A DNA stretch of 61,418 bases, counting the filler, from Candidatus Babelota bacterium (GTDB lineage Bacteria > JAGOBX01), in NCBI GenBank assembly GCA_017999075.1. It is 10 parts of 10 records of this genome, joined end to end, with 100 filler letters (N's around TTAATTAATTAA, not from the genome) between each part and the next. Parts side by side here need not be neighbours in the genome. Positions count along the whole stretch, not along the records: positions 25,915 to 30,307 come from JAGOBX010000355.1; positions 30,408 to 34,798 come from JAGOBX010000356.1; positions 34,899 to 39,264 come from JAGOBX010000357.1; positions 39,365 to 43,717 come from JAGOBX010000358.1; 6 more parts are not named here. The stretch is one strand, 5' to 3'. The position numbers were made by a program, and so were the translations under genes. This document shows positions 27,171 to 39,604 of the stretch, piece by piece (position 1 is the first letter of the stretch; each line of letters opens with the position of its first letter). The notes under the pieces were generated by a model that saw only the letters and a list, made by a program, of their open reading frames with translations, was not told where the DNA came from and did no database searches.

Positions 27171-29228
27171 ATGAATGAAATTCAGTTTACGGCGGAATTA
27201 GATTATATTTTTATAGAGAAAATTACCGCGTTTATAGTAAAAAATATTAAGAACAGCAGTCAGGTAAGCGATATAAGCGAACTTGTAAACGGGTTATACT
27301 ATTTTACAGATAATATACTGTATGATATTATTGACGATAAAACTCAAGTAACCGGAACCTGTAAGATAGATAATACTACAGTTGTAATTGATTTGGCTAA
27401 CATCCCGCCTGAATATTTAAAGACCAAAAAAGATCATTTTTTGGAACTTAAAAAACACATTGGTAAAATCGGGTATGATGAACCCACCAAAATTTTGAAA
27501 TTGTCAAAATATCTGTTTGTGGTTGATAACGAATTTGAAAATCAATTGTCAAATATAGTATCTGATATAAAAACTTCTGAAACAAAATCCAGCGACAGCA
27601 TAGATGATTCATTTGCCGGATTAAATCCTGTAGAAGCAGAGAAAATCATCACCCAACTGAAAAATATAGATAAACTTAATTTTTATTGTTTTGACAGATT
27701 TTTATATGATATAAGTTCTGCAGAATTATTGTCGAATTTATATTATTTCAGGCGAGTGATTCCGGGTCAAATAGTAGCTGCTACGCTGCTTCCTATTTTA
27801 AAAAGCAAGCAGTTTAAAAGTTTGGAGTCCGGTGAAAATATTTTAATTTCAAAAAGCCGAAACTGTTATTTTTCTAAAATTAATGGAAGAGTCAGGTGGG
27901 TTGGAGATAAAGTAGAAGTTTCTGCAGTACAGAGTATAGATAAACCGATAAATAATTATCAAAAAGAAATAGTCTGTGAAAATTCATTGATAGTAAACGG
28001 AACGGTTTCAGACAGTGTAAGTATCAATACTGCAAAAGATCTGTATGTTATAGGAAATGTTGTGAATACGGGAATTACTGTAAAAGGAGATTTATATGTT
28101 TCCGGAAAAATAGAAAATTGCAATACCAAACCATTTATCGTAACAGGAAATATTATTGCTTCGGGAATATTAAATTCGAAATTGACTTCGGAATCGAATA
28201 TACTTATTTCTGAAGAAATAATATCGAGTTATGTTTCTGCAACCGGAGATATCATTCTTGACGGAAACAAACAGGCTATAGTCGGCGGCCTTATAGAATC
28301 AGGGAAAAGTGTAGTTTGCGGAGTTATAGGAGATGGTAAAACGCAGACAGAAATTTCATTAAAATCAGTTTCAAAAGAGAATATCGAAAAATCAAAGCTG
28401 CTTGTTTCAAAAAATGAAGTTGAGAAAGAATTAAAAAAAATAAATCAGTCTTTCAAAGAACTTACAGAAAAAAGAGATTCTGGAGATACCACAAAAGAAC
28501 TTGATCTTAAGATAAAAAACTGCATACAATTAAGAATTAAAATGGAAAAAAATATAGATTTTCTCACCACAAAAATTACTGAATTTGATGAATTGAAATC
28601 TTCTGATACCGGAATGCTGAGGGTTTCCGTAAAAAACAATATTTTTTCTAAAGTAATAATGAAATTCAACGGATTGTCAAAAGAATTTTCTGAAGATCAA
28701 AATTCTTCATCTATAGTTTATACAAAATCAGGAATCACGGTTTCAAGATATAATTCTGGAAAAATAACCGGTGAAACTTCTGTTGATTTTAATGTATCTG
28801 CTTCCGGACGAGAACAGATAGATCCGGCTTCTATAAGAAAAAGCATAGTTATGGAAGGAAGCAGTGAAAATAAGTCAAAAGATCTTGCTGCAAAATTTTT
28901 AGAAATTTCTTCTGAGAAAATAGCTTCAGAAAAGATATTCGAATCAAAAACAAAATGCAGGGTATTTGCTGCTCAATTGAAAGATGGAGAAGACAAAATT
29001 GAGGTTATTTCTAAACTTCTTCCAGTAAAAAGGAATATATCGTTAAATACCGCTGAAGGTGTAAAACGAGTTAAGATTTCAGGCGACACACTTGAAGATT
29101 GTATAAAATCTGCTATCCAGAAATATAAAATTGAAAAAACAAAATTAAAATATATTGTTATTAAAAAAGGTAAAAGCGGGGTTTTCGGACTTGGAAAAGA
29201 ACAATACATTATAGAAATCGAAATATGA
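27171..29228 (+). CDS. FapA/DUF342-like protein with C-terminal Jag_N-like domain(s)
   Basis: Central V/I-x-G-x-V beta-solenoid with IVGG, coiled coil, and C-terminal ISGDTLEDCIKSA...KGKSGVFGLGK. Confidence 0.75.
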   Translation: MNEIQFTAELDYIFIEKITAFIVKNIKNSSQVSDISELVNGLYYFTDNILYDIIDDKTQVTGTCKIDNTTVVIDLANIPPEYLKTKKDHFLELKKHIGKIGYDEPTKILKLSKYLFVVDNEFENQLSNIVSDIKTSETKSSDSIDDSFAGLNPVEAEKIITQLKNIDKLNFYCFDRFLYDISSAELLSNLYYFRRVIPGQIVAATLLPILKSKQFKSLESGENILISKSRNCYFSKINGRVRWVGDKVEVSAVQSIDKPINNYQKEIVCENSLIVNGTVSDSVSINTAKDLYVIGNVVNTGITVKGDLYVSGKIENCNTKPFIVTGNIIASGILNSKLTSESNILISEEIISSYVSATGDIILDGNKQAIVGGLIESGKSVVCGVIGDGKTQTEISLKSVSKENIEKSKLLVSKNEVEKELKKINQSFKELTEKRDSGDTTKELDLKIKNCIQLRIKMEKNIDFLTTKITEFDELKSSDTGMLRVSVKNNIFSKVIMKFNGLSKEFSEDQNSSSIVYTKSGITVSRYNSGKITGETSVDFNVSASGREQIDPASIRKSIVMEGSSENKSKDLAAKFLEISSEKIASEKIFESKTKCRVFAAQLKDGEDKIEVISKLLPVKRNISLNTAEGVKRVKISGDTLEDCIKSAIQKYKIEKTKLKYIVIKKGKSGVFGLGKEQYIIEIEI

Positions 29229-29830
29229 AATTTCAAACTTTGAAAATCGGAATTACTGGCGGAATATCGTCAGGAAAGTCAACGGTTCTGGAATATTTAA
29301 AAACAAAAAAATATGCTACAATATGCGCTGATGAAGTTTATCATAAATTATTAAAAACCAATAAACGCCTTGTGAATTTAATTATATCAGAGTTTGAATG
29401 CCGTTCAGAAACCGGCAACTTAATTGATAGAAAAAAACTCGGGCAATTAGTTTTTAACGATAAAATTAAACTCGATAAACTTAATTCCATAACGCATCCT
29501 TATATTTTGAAAGAAATAACCAAAATTGTTAAATTTTTTAAAAAAGAAAAATATATTTTTATAGACATACCTCTTTTATTCGAAACAAATTTGACGAACA
29601 CTGTAGATAAAATAATAACAGTTTACTGTCCTAAGTATATGCAAATAGAACGTATGATTTCAAGAAATAATATAAACAGAACAGAAGCGATTAAACGGAT
29701 TAATTCTCAATTGCCGATAAAATACAAAATGGAAAGATCAGATTTTGTTATTTATAACAAAAAAAAAATCAATGATGTGTACAAACAAATTGACAATATC
29801 ATAAAAAAAATATATTATGAAACTAAATAA
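29225..29830 (+). CDS. coaE: Dephospho-CoA kinase
   Basis: IGITGGISSGKST, DRKKLG, ITHP, DIPLLFE, RINSQLP. Confidence 0.95.
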   Translation: MKFQTLKIGITGGISSGKSTVLEYLKTKKYATICADEVYHKLLKTNKRLVNLIISEFECRSETGNLIDRKKLGQLVFNDKIKLDKLNSITHPYILKEITKIVKFFKKEKYIFIDIPLLFETNLTNTVDKIITVYCPKYMQIERMISRNNINRTEAIKRINSQLPIKYKMERSDFVIYNKKKINDVYKQIDNIIKKIYYETK

Positions 29831-29855
29831 CAGTATAATCGGAGGATTTTTATAA

Positions 29856-30307
29856 ATGAAAAATGATTCCGGCGGAAAAAAATATATTTTAAATATTGAA
29901 CAAAAAGCCGTAAAAATTATTATATTTATTTTTTCAATAATAATAATTGTAGTGTTTGGCGCAGGTTATTTTATGGGAAAAACAGTTTCTCTTAAAAATT
30001 CAAGAATTGAAAACCAGAGTAATGTTTTATATAAAATAACTCCGGCAGACACAGTTGGGTTATCAACAGTAACTGCGCAGATTGAGAAGTCTGTTCCTAC
30101 GGATAAAAAAAAAGATAATAATCAGGAAACTGATAAAATAGCAGCGGTAAATAAACCGGAAATTCAGGATGATGTTAAAACCGGCACTGATAAATCAAAA
30201 ATAAAAGAATCATCGCAGTCAAAAAAGAATTCATCAAAATCCAAATCTCAGAAAAAAAATAAAGAGTATATAATAGAAGTGTATGCTTACAAAACCTCAA
30301 AAGAAGC
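29856..30307 (+). CDS. Bitopic membrane protein, probably SPOR-domain (FtsN/DedD-like); 3'-truncated
   Basis: TM helix ending GYFMGK, low-complexity K/S linker, YIIEVYAYK resembling the first SPOR strand. Confidence 0.6.
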
Positions 30308-30407
30308 NNNNNNNNNNNNNNNNNNNNNNNNNNNNNNNNNNNNNNNNNNNNTTAATTAATTAANNNNNNNNNNNNNNNNNNNNNNNNNNNNNNNNNNNNN
30401 NNNNNNN
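30308..30407. other. Artificial contig spacer
   Basis: N44-TTAATTAATTAA-N44. Confidence 0.98.
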
Positions 30408-33400
30408 GCGCAGACTCAATTTCTCCGAGTTCTATCCTGAATCCGCGTATTTTTACCTGGTCATCTATTCTGCCTAAAAATTCTATGTTCCCGTCTTCAA
30501 GCCAACGGCCTATATCTCCGGTTCGATATAACCGTTCGCCTTTAACAAAAGGATTCTCTATAAATCGTTCTTCAGTCAATTCTTCACGATTCAAATAACC
30601 GCGCGCTATTCCAAACCCTCCAATATATAATTCTCCTAAAACGCCTATAGCTACAGGCGACAAATTTTTTCTTAAAATATACATTCTAACATTTGGTAGG
30701 GGTTTACCTATAGAAACATTCGCGCTATCATCATAGTCTGACAAAGAATACCAACTTGCATAAACAGCTGTTTCTGTAGGTCCATAAATATTTTCCAGTA
30801 ATATTTCTGTATTTAACTTATTAAATTTTTTTATAATTTGCGGTGTTACCGCTTCACCAGCTAAAAATATATATTTCAATGTTCTTATTTTAGTAATCAT
30901 ATCTGAACTTAATATTTCTATAAATACGTTGAACATCGAAGGAACAAAATTTATATGAGTAATATTATGTTTCTCTATAGTTTCTATTATTTTTTCCGGG
31001 TCCTTTTCAAATCCTGATGGTAAAACTACTAATCTGCCTTTACCAAAAATAAAACAGAATATTTCACTGACTGACACATCAAAGGTATATGTTGTTTTTA
31101 ATAAATAATTGTCACTTTTATTTAACGGATATTTTTTATCTAACGCTTTTAGCGTATTAATTATATTCCTATGCTCTATCATTACTCCTTTTGGCTGACC
31201 TGTAGAACCAGATGTATAAATAATATATGCTAAATTTTTTGAATTGCTTATTAAAGACAAGTTTTCATTTCTAACAAAATTAATATCTGCTAATTCAAAA
31301 AATTTATTATTATAAGTTTTTTTAAATCTTTCTATTTGCGGCGCTGCGCTTATTACAGCTTTACAACCAGCATCTTTCAATATATATTCCACCCTTGATT
31401 CAGGATATTCTGTATCAATCGGCAGATATGCGGCGCCTGCTTTTAATATCCCTAATATTCCGATTATTAATTTTTCCGAACGTTCAAGCATTATTCCTAC
31501 TATATCATCAGCACGAATTTCATATTTTTCACGCAAATAATGTCCCACAGCATTCGCACGTTCATTCAATTCGCGATATGTCAATTTTATATCATCAAAT
31601 ACCACTGCTATATTATCAGGCGTTTTTGCAGCCTGTTCTTCAAATAATTCAATAATTGTTTTATCTTCAGGATAATCAATTTCCGGCCCGTTGAATTCAT
31701 ATAATATTTTTTCTTTTTCATTTTCAGTCAGAATATCTATATCATTTATTTCTGTTTTACTTTTTCCTATTATTGTTTCGATAATTTTTTCAAAATGTCC
31801 GGCTATACGTTCGATATTTTTACCGCTGAATTTAACTCGATTATAAGTAAATTCTATATTTATTTTATTTGTTTTTGAAACGATTATTCCAAAATCATAA
31901 TTGATTTGTTCAAAAACTTCTGTTGCCGCAATACTCAAAGCATTATCATTTTTCTCAATTGCCTGTAATTTCTCGTCTATCGGATAATTTTCAAATACTA
32001 CTATATGATTAATTAAATTCTGTTTTAATTCGCTTTGCGACTGGATTTCCGCAAGTGAACTGTAATGATGCGGCTGACATTCAACTGCCTCTTTCTGCGT
32101 CCTTTTCAACAATTCTTCAAATGTTTCTCCATTTTTTATTTTAATACGCACCGGTATAGTATTTATAAAGAGTCCTAATATTTTCTCTATTCCTTTTATT
32201 TCGGCAGGCCTGCCTGATACTGTCGCTCCGAATACTGCTTCATCAGCATTATTATATCTTGATAAAAGCAATCCCCACACACTCTGAATAAGAGTGTTTA
32301 ATGTAACTCCATTTTTATTGCTTATTTCCTGCAGTTTTTTACTTTTTATTTCATTTATTACAAATGAAAATTTCGAATGACCGGATTCTGTTATCTCTTT
32401 TTCTTTTCCATGGCCAAATGGAATTTCTACTGCTGATTCATATCCTTTCAAATATTCTTTCCAAAATCCCAATGACTTTTCTTTTTCATATCTTTTCAGC
32501 CAACGGATATATTCTGAATACTGAACTGCTGGTTCCAATTCAATAATTTCATTTTTCAGCAATCCATAATATATTCTTAAAAATTCACCGAACAGTACAG
32601 CTATGCACCAACCATCCATTATTATATGATGAAATGAAAATACGCTGTAAAATTCATTATCTGACGTCTGAAGTATACCTATTCTAAACAACGCATCGCT
32701 GCTTAAGTCAAACTTTCTCAATTTATCTGCATTCTTGAATTCACTAATCACCGCATTCTGTCTTGATTCTTCAAGTTCACTTCTTAAATCTTTATACGTT
32801 ATTTCCAGATCCCTGTGTTTTACTACTATTTGAACCGGCTGACTTATATCTTTATATAAAATTACAGTTCTTAATATGTTATGCCGCTCTAAAATCATTT
32901 CCCAGCTTTTTTTAAATAATTCATAATTAAATTTGCCTTGCGCTTTTATCACAGTCTGTTCAAAATACGCAGCCGAATTTTCATCAAGCAATTTATGATA
33001 TAGAAAACCAGACTGCATAGCCGTCAAAGTATAAATATCCGCAATATTTTCATATCTCAAACCATTTGCTTTTATTGCATCTTCATATTCTCCTAATTCA
33101 AGCGGACAATCTGTATAATCTCCAGGAGTATTTTCTCTTTCTGTTTTTAATATACAATGTTCTGCTATTTTTATCAGGGCTTTTCTATAATTATCTCTAA
33201 ATGACTTTATCTCTTTTTCCGTATAAATTTCAGGATTATAGGTAATGTTAAAATTAATGTTATAATCAACGGTAACCGCATTAATCTCAATCGGATGCTG
33301 CAGTTCAAAATCTCCGCTTATGTTTTGGCCAGAACTCATTTGCGAAAAATTAAATATGCTTTTTGACTGCTCATTCGACGACACTTCTCCTAAATAATTA

Positions 33401-34798
33401 AACAATACATATGGTCTAATTTTATCAAATGACATTGTTTTTTTATGATCAGAATCAGTTAAATATTTCAATATACCATAACCTATTCCATTATTCGGCA
33501 CACGCCTAAGCAGTTCTTTAGTTTCTTTGATTGATTTTGATATATCATCATAATTTTTCAGGATTAAAGGATACATTGCCGTAAACCAGCCGATTGTCCG
33601 GCTTATATTGACTTCTCTTAATATTTCATCTCGGCCGTGAGTCTCAAGTTCAACCAATAAATTTTCTTTTCCAAAACTCTTTTCAAATCCATCAGCAAGA
33701 GCTGTAAGCAGAATATCATTAATTTTTGTATTATACGCGAAATGAACTGATTTTAAAATTTTTTCAGTTAATTCTTTTTCAATAACCAAAATTTCATTCT
33801 TCGCATATTTCAATAAAATTTTTCTATCAGATGACGCACAAAATGAATTATCTATTATTTTTTGCCAGTATCCTCGTTCATTTAAAACTTCTGGACTTAC
33901 GCTGTATTTCATTATATCTTCCGCATATTTTTTAAACGAATCTGTTTTTAACGGAAACTTTATCTCTTCCTTATTCAATGCCAGGCTATACCCGTAATTC
34001 AAATCTTCAAGCAATATCCTCCACGACACTCCGTCTATCACAAGATGATGGATTACGATAAGCAGCAAATCTTTTTCTTCTGTTCTGAACAGAACGCATT
34101 TCATTAACGGCCCTGTTTCAAGATTTATTCCAGATTGAATTTTTTCACAATGTTCTTCTACTATCTTCTTTGAATCTGCTATTTTGCAGACATCCATTAT
34201 TTCAAAAAATATTTCAGTTTCGTCTTTATATTCCTGTATAATCTCATTATCAATTTTTTTATACACGAATCTCAGCGCATCGTGATGCTCTACTATTTTT
34301 CCCAATACAGTCTTTATAATATTTTCGTCAATACGTTCTGAACTTTCCAGCATTAAAGACTGATTGAAATGCCCTTTTTGTCCATGTTCAAGTTCAAAAA
34401 ACCACTTCTGGACAGGGTTCAGCAAACTGATTCCCTTAACTTTCCGCTGTTCAATTTTCCGCTCTTTCTTTTTCAGTTTTTCTGCCAAATCTTTTATTAC
34501 AGGAAATTGAAATACATCTTTTATGTTTATTTCCATATCAAGGGCATTCAAACGAGCTATTATCTGTATTGCCTTTATAGAATCTCCGCCAAGCTCAAAA
34601 AAATTATCCAAAATGCTTACTTTAGTCAACATTAATACTTCACTCATTATTTGCGATAAAATTTTTTCACCTTCTGTTTCAGGCGCTCTATATTCGTTGC
34701 CTGATATCATTCCATCTCCTGACGGCATCGGCAGATTTTTTCTGTCTATCTTGCCGCTCTGATTTAACGGCATCTTTTCCAACTCAACAAAATACGAC
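30408..34798 (-). CDS. NRPS internal fragment: end of A - PCP - epimerization - condensation - A
   Basis: GKIDRK (A10), LGGDSI, HHLVIDGVSW/ETHGR/RTIGWFT/PNNGIGYG/FNYLG (E domain), HHIIMDGW (C domain), YTSGSTGQPKG, YGPTE, YRTGD; open at both ends. Confidence 0.96.
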
Positions 34799-34898
34799 NN
34801 NNNNNNNNNNNNNNNNNNNNNNNNNNNNNNNNNNNNNNNNNNTTAATTAATTAANNNNNNNNNNNNNNNNNNNNNNNNNNNNNNNNNNNNNNNNNNNN
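34799..34898. other. Artificial contig spacer
   Basis: N44-TTAATTAATTAA-N44. Confidence 0.98.
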
Positions 34899-37656
34899 AT
34901 CTGAAATAAATGAAATGCTGGCATCACTTGAATCTTCTGAAAAGATAGTGAAAGAAAATCAAATTTGGTTTAAAACTATTTTTGAAACAGTTCAAACAGG
35001 AGATGTTTTAGTAGAAAAAAACACGCATAAAATTATCGATGCAAATCCTGTTGCGGTAAAAATGATTGGAACTGAAAAAGAAAATATTGTCGGTCATATA
35101 TGCCATAAATTTATTTGTCCGGCAGATTTCGGAAAATGTCCTGTAACAGATTTACATATGGAAATAGATAATTCTGAGAGGGAATTAATTACTGATAAAA
35201 ATGAAAAAATCCCTATTTTAAAGACTGTTGTTTCAATAAATCTTGGAAACAAGGATTATTTGCTTGAAACATTCAGCGATATAACCAAACTGAAAAACGC
35301 TGAAGCGTCTATGAAAGCTGCTAAAGAATCAGCAGAAGAAGCTAATATTGCTAAAAGCCGTTTTTTAGCGAATATGTCTCATGAAATCCGAACCCCGCTT
35401 AATTCTATAATAGGATTTACTGAAATTTTGATGGAAGAACAATTGAGTTTAGACCAGCGGGAACATATAAATTTGATTCATTCGAGTTCTGAAACATTGA
35501 TGAATCTAATCAACGATATTCTTGATATTTCAAAAATTGAAGCGAATAAAATTGAATTTGAAGAAATTGAATTTGATTTAGATAAAATAATTTATGAGAC
35601 AATAGATATTTTCCGTTCTAAATTAAACCAAAAACCAATTGAGTTTATTTTTAATACGGAAGAAATTGAAAATCTTCTGATTGGCGATCCTGTGAGGATA
35701 AAACAAATATTAATGAATTTATTGAGTAATGCCATAAAATTTACTGAAAAAGGAGAAATTGAGCTTAGTCTGAAAAAAATAAGCGAATCTTCCGAAATCT
35801 TAAATATAGAAATTGCTGTAAGAGATACAGGAATAGGTATACCGGAAGATAAATTAAATTTGATTTTCGAGCCGTTTAAACAAGTTGACAGCAGTACTAC
35901 AAGAAAATTCGGAGGAACAGGTCTCGGTTTGAATATAGTAAAAAAAATTATTGAGTTCATGAAAGGTAAAATAATTTTGGAGAGCAGGCTTAATGAAGGT
36001 TCCAAATTTGTAATAACCTTGCCTATGAAAAAATCAGAGCGTAATATTTTAAATTCCGTTCAATATGCAGAAGGATTGATAGGATTAGAAATCGTTTGCG
36101 TTGACGACAATAAATCAAACAGAATAATTCTTGAAAACATGTTGAAAAAAATGGGGGTAATACCATCTTTATTTGAATCAGCTAAAAAAATGATTGAATA
36201 CCTTGAATCAATTGATTGTTTGCCTAAAGTGGCAGTTATAGATATTATGATGCCGGAAATGGACGGATACAAAGTGGCTGCGGAAATAAGGAAAAAATAT
36301 GGAAATAAAATTAAGCTTATAGGATTGTCTTCTCAAGGCAATATTCTTGAAACTGATGACCCGGCTGAAATTTTATTTGACGGATTCCTGAATAAGCCAA
36401 TAAAAAAGATTGTTTTAATAAACGCTATAAAATTATGTCTTTACGGAGAAGGAGATAAACCGGCTGGAATAATCACTGAACAATATATTGATCAAAATTC
36501 CATAAATAAAAAAATTAATATATTAGTTGCAGAAGATATCCAGGCAAACAGAAAATTTATAGATGTTTTACTGAAAAAGATGGGATTATCCGCGGATTTT
36601 GCCGAGAACGGAATACAGGCAGTTGATATGGCCTCCAAAAAAAAATATGATATCATATTTATGGATATTCAAATGCCTGAAATGGATGGAATAGAAGCCA
36701 GTAAAAGAATCAGAATGAAAGAAGTTGAAACTCCTATTATAGCACTGACTGCAAATGCTATGAAAGGAGACAAAGAAATTTGTCTGCAATCCGGCATGAA
36801 TGACTATATGACCAAACCTATAAAAAAAGATGTTTTTTATAAAATGCTGTCAAAATGGACAAACATTGTTCCTGATTATATGAAACCGCAGCGGGTTTTA
36901 ATAATAGAAAACAATTCTGTACTAATTAATATTTTAAAATTTGCGATACTTGACGCTTATCCTGAAATATCAGTAAAAACAGCAGAAAATGGATTAACCG
37001 GAGCTTCTATGATATCCGGATTTTTACCAGACATTGTAATTTCCGGATCTTCGGTATCAGGAATGAATAATGATGAATTGATAACTTTGATAAATTCTGA
37101 TAAACGTTTTGAAAATATTTCTATAATAATATGCAGTGATTTAGCAAATAAAAATAATGACTCATATAAAAAATTGTCTGAAAATTATTTTGTAGAATTG
37201 CTGATTCCTCCGTTTAACAGAAATGAAATTGTTAGAACTGTCAATAAAGTCTTGAAAAAAAAATTTTTTAAAACGAATGGAATCCAGATAGGAAAAGATG
37301 AAGAAAAAACAATTGAAATTGAAAGTCAGGAAAATGAAAAAATGTTTGAAAGGTGGATGAAAACAGCAGGCGGCGATCCTGATTTTGAACAAATAATAAT
37401 AGATTTTTTAATGGAAATCCCGAAATACATTGAGCAGCTTGAAAAATTAATTGCACAAAAAGATTTGGATGAAATAAAAAAAATAGCTCATTCAATGAAA
37501 GGAAGTTCAGGAACTATGGGAGCTAAAGAATTATACGAACAATTTCTTAAAATTGATATGGAATGCAAAACAAGCAAAAGTATAGATAAAATTGCGGAAT
37601 CGCTTCAGGAAATCAAAAAAGTAATGAATATGATTCCAAAGAAGTATTTTCAATAG
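34899..37656 (+). CDS. Unorthodox hybrid kinase (PAS-HisKA-HATPase-REC-REC-pseudoREC-Hpt), probably 5'-truncated
   Basis: FLANMSHEIRTPLN, NAIKFT, GGTGLGL, VDDN/DIMMP, AED/DIQMP, AHSMKGSS; frame open from contig start. Confidence 0.93.
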
Positions 37657-37800
37657 GTTCTAATGTTTTAATATAATTATATATATTTTTATTGTTTTTT
37701 TTAAATTATTGAGATTAAATATAAATAGATAATTTATGAATTTTAGTATTGGAACAGGAAAATTTAAATTATAGTTAGATTTAAAAGGGAGGATGCTGAA

Positions 37801-38937
37801 ATGATTAAAAAAAATATGTTTTTTTCGGGAGTTCTTTTTTTATTATTAGTTTTGAACTTGCCTTTGTTTGCTGAAATTAAAATAGGCGGTATTTTTGCTA
37901 AGACCGGACCTGCAGGTTTTTTAGGACTTCCTGAAGATAAATCTGTAACATTATTAGTTGAACAGATAAATTCAAAAGGCGGAATAAATGGAGAAAAAAT
38001 AGTTTATATAAGTAAAGATTCTATGGGAAATCCTGAAAAAGCCATATTGCTTGCTAAAGAACTTGTAGAACAGGAAAAAGTTATAGCTATTTTAGGACCG
38101 TCAACTACAGGAGAATCGTTGAAAATAAAAGATTATTGTAATGAAAATCAGGTTATACTTATTTCATGCGCTGCTGCTGAAGAAATAGTTTCTCCGGTAT
38201 TGAAATACGTTTTTAAAACTCCTCAGAAAGACAGTGATGCTGCAAGAAGAATATTTGAAACAATGAAAAAAAATAATATAAAAAAAGTTGGAGTTTTGAC
38301 CAGTAATTCAGGATTTGGAAGTACTGGTAAATCACAGCTTGAAAAATTGGCTCCTGGTTATGGAATAGAAATCGCTGCATCCGAAGTATATGATAAGAGT
38401 TTAAATGATTTAACTGCTGTATTAAAAAAGGTTCAGGAAAAAAATGTACAAGGAATAATAAACTGGTCAATAGAACCTGCTCAGGGCATAATAGCTAAAA
38501 ATATGAAACAGATCGGATTGAATATACCTTTGTTTCAAAGCCACGGTTATGGTAATATCAAATATGTAAAAATGTCAGGAGATGCTTCAGAAAATATTGT
38601 TTTTCCATGCGGCAGATTAGTAGTTGCAGATAAACTGGCAGATAATCATATTCAAAAAAAAGTTTTATCGGATTATAAAACTGCTTTTGAAACAAGATTT
38701 AAAGAAGAAGCAAGCGCATTTGGCGGTTATGCGTATGACGCATTAATGATTATAATTAAAGCTGTTGAAAAATCAGGCAGTGATAAAGAAAAAATCCGTG
38801 ATGCTATTGAAAATACCAAAAAATTTGTTGGTACTTCAGGAGTTTTTAATTTTTCAGAAAAAGATCATAATGGTCTGGCTAAAGATTCTTTTGAAATGAT
38901 AACTGTAAAAAAAGGGTTGTTTGAAATTTATAAATGA
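37801..38937 (+). CDS. Branched-chain amino acid-type ABC substrate-binding protein
   Basis: Signal peptide, IKIGGIF..TGPA, INSKGGING, LGPSTTG, FKTPQ, YDAL, GTSGVFNFS. Confidence 0.9.
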   Translation: MIKKNMFFSGVLFLLLVLNLPLFAEIKIGGIFAKTGPAGFLGLPEDKSVTLLVEQINSKGGINGEKIVYISKDSMGNPEKAILLAKELVEQEKVIAILGPSTTGESLKIKDYCNENQVILISCAAAEEIVSPVLKYVFKTPQKDSDAARRIFETMKKNNIKKVGVLTSNSGFGSTGKSQLEKLAPGYGIEIAASEVYDKSLNDLTAVLKKVQEKNVQGIINWSIEPAQGIIAKNMKQIGLNIPLFQSHGYGNIKYVKMSGDASENIVFPCGRLVVADKLADNHIQKKVLSDYKTAFETRFKEEASAFGGYAYDALMIIIKAVEKSGSDKEKIRDAIENTKKFVGTSGVFNFSEKDHNGLAKDSFEMITVKKGLFEIYK

Positions 38938-39264
38938 AATTTTTTTTAATAATTATAATTACTTTATTTTTAGTAAATTGCGCAAATCCTTATAAAATAA
39001 ATTTTATAAGCTCGCGCGACCAGATGATTGGCGGGAATTGGAAATTTCCATTTGAACCTGCTGGTAAAGACGATATCGTTAAATTGTATGTGACAGATGA
39101 TTTGAGTTCGGCTGAAGATGCTTTTCTTGAAAATGGGTATGTCAAACTTGGAAGTTCAATGTTCAACTCGTCTCCTGTAGATAAACAAAGTGCAATTAAT
39201 TTTGCTAAAACAATAGGCGCTTCAGTAGTTGTAATAAAAAGCAGGTATACAGGCACGATAACTG
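38934..39264 (+). CDS. Putative lipoprotein, 3'-truncated
   Basis: Hydrophobic leader ending LVNC; GYVKLGSSMFN and AKTIGA segments. Confidence 0.6.
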
Positions 39265-39364
39265 NNNNNNNNNNNNNNNNNNNNNNNNNNNNNNNNNNNN
39301 NNNNNNNNTTAATTAATTAANNNNNNNNNNNNNNNNNNNNNNNNNNNNNNNNNNNNNNNNNNNN
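39265..39364. other. Artificial contig spacer
   Basis: N44-TTAATTAATTAA-N44. Confidence 0.98.
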
Positions 39365-39604
39365 GGCTTGGGAGCCATTTAACAAAACTAGAGCGTATTG
39401 AATTACGCAAAAAGGAAACTGGTGGCCGCCTAGATAGAAAGTTAACTAGATATTCCGATAACTTCAATGAAATATTCAATTTTTTCCTTATCATATTTTT
39501 TCAATACCAATCCCATATTATTTTTAGCGTATAAATATATTTTGTCAATCTCACCGCTTGTCAATTTCATATTTTTTATCTAAAATTTTGTAAATAATTT
39601 GTAA

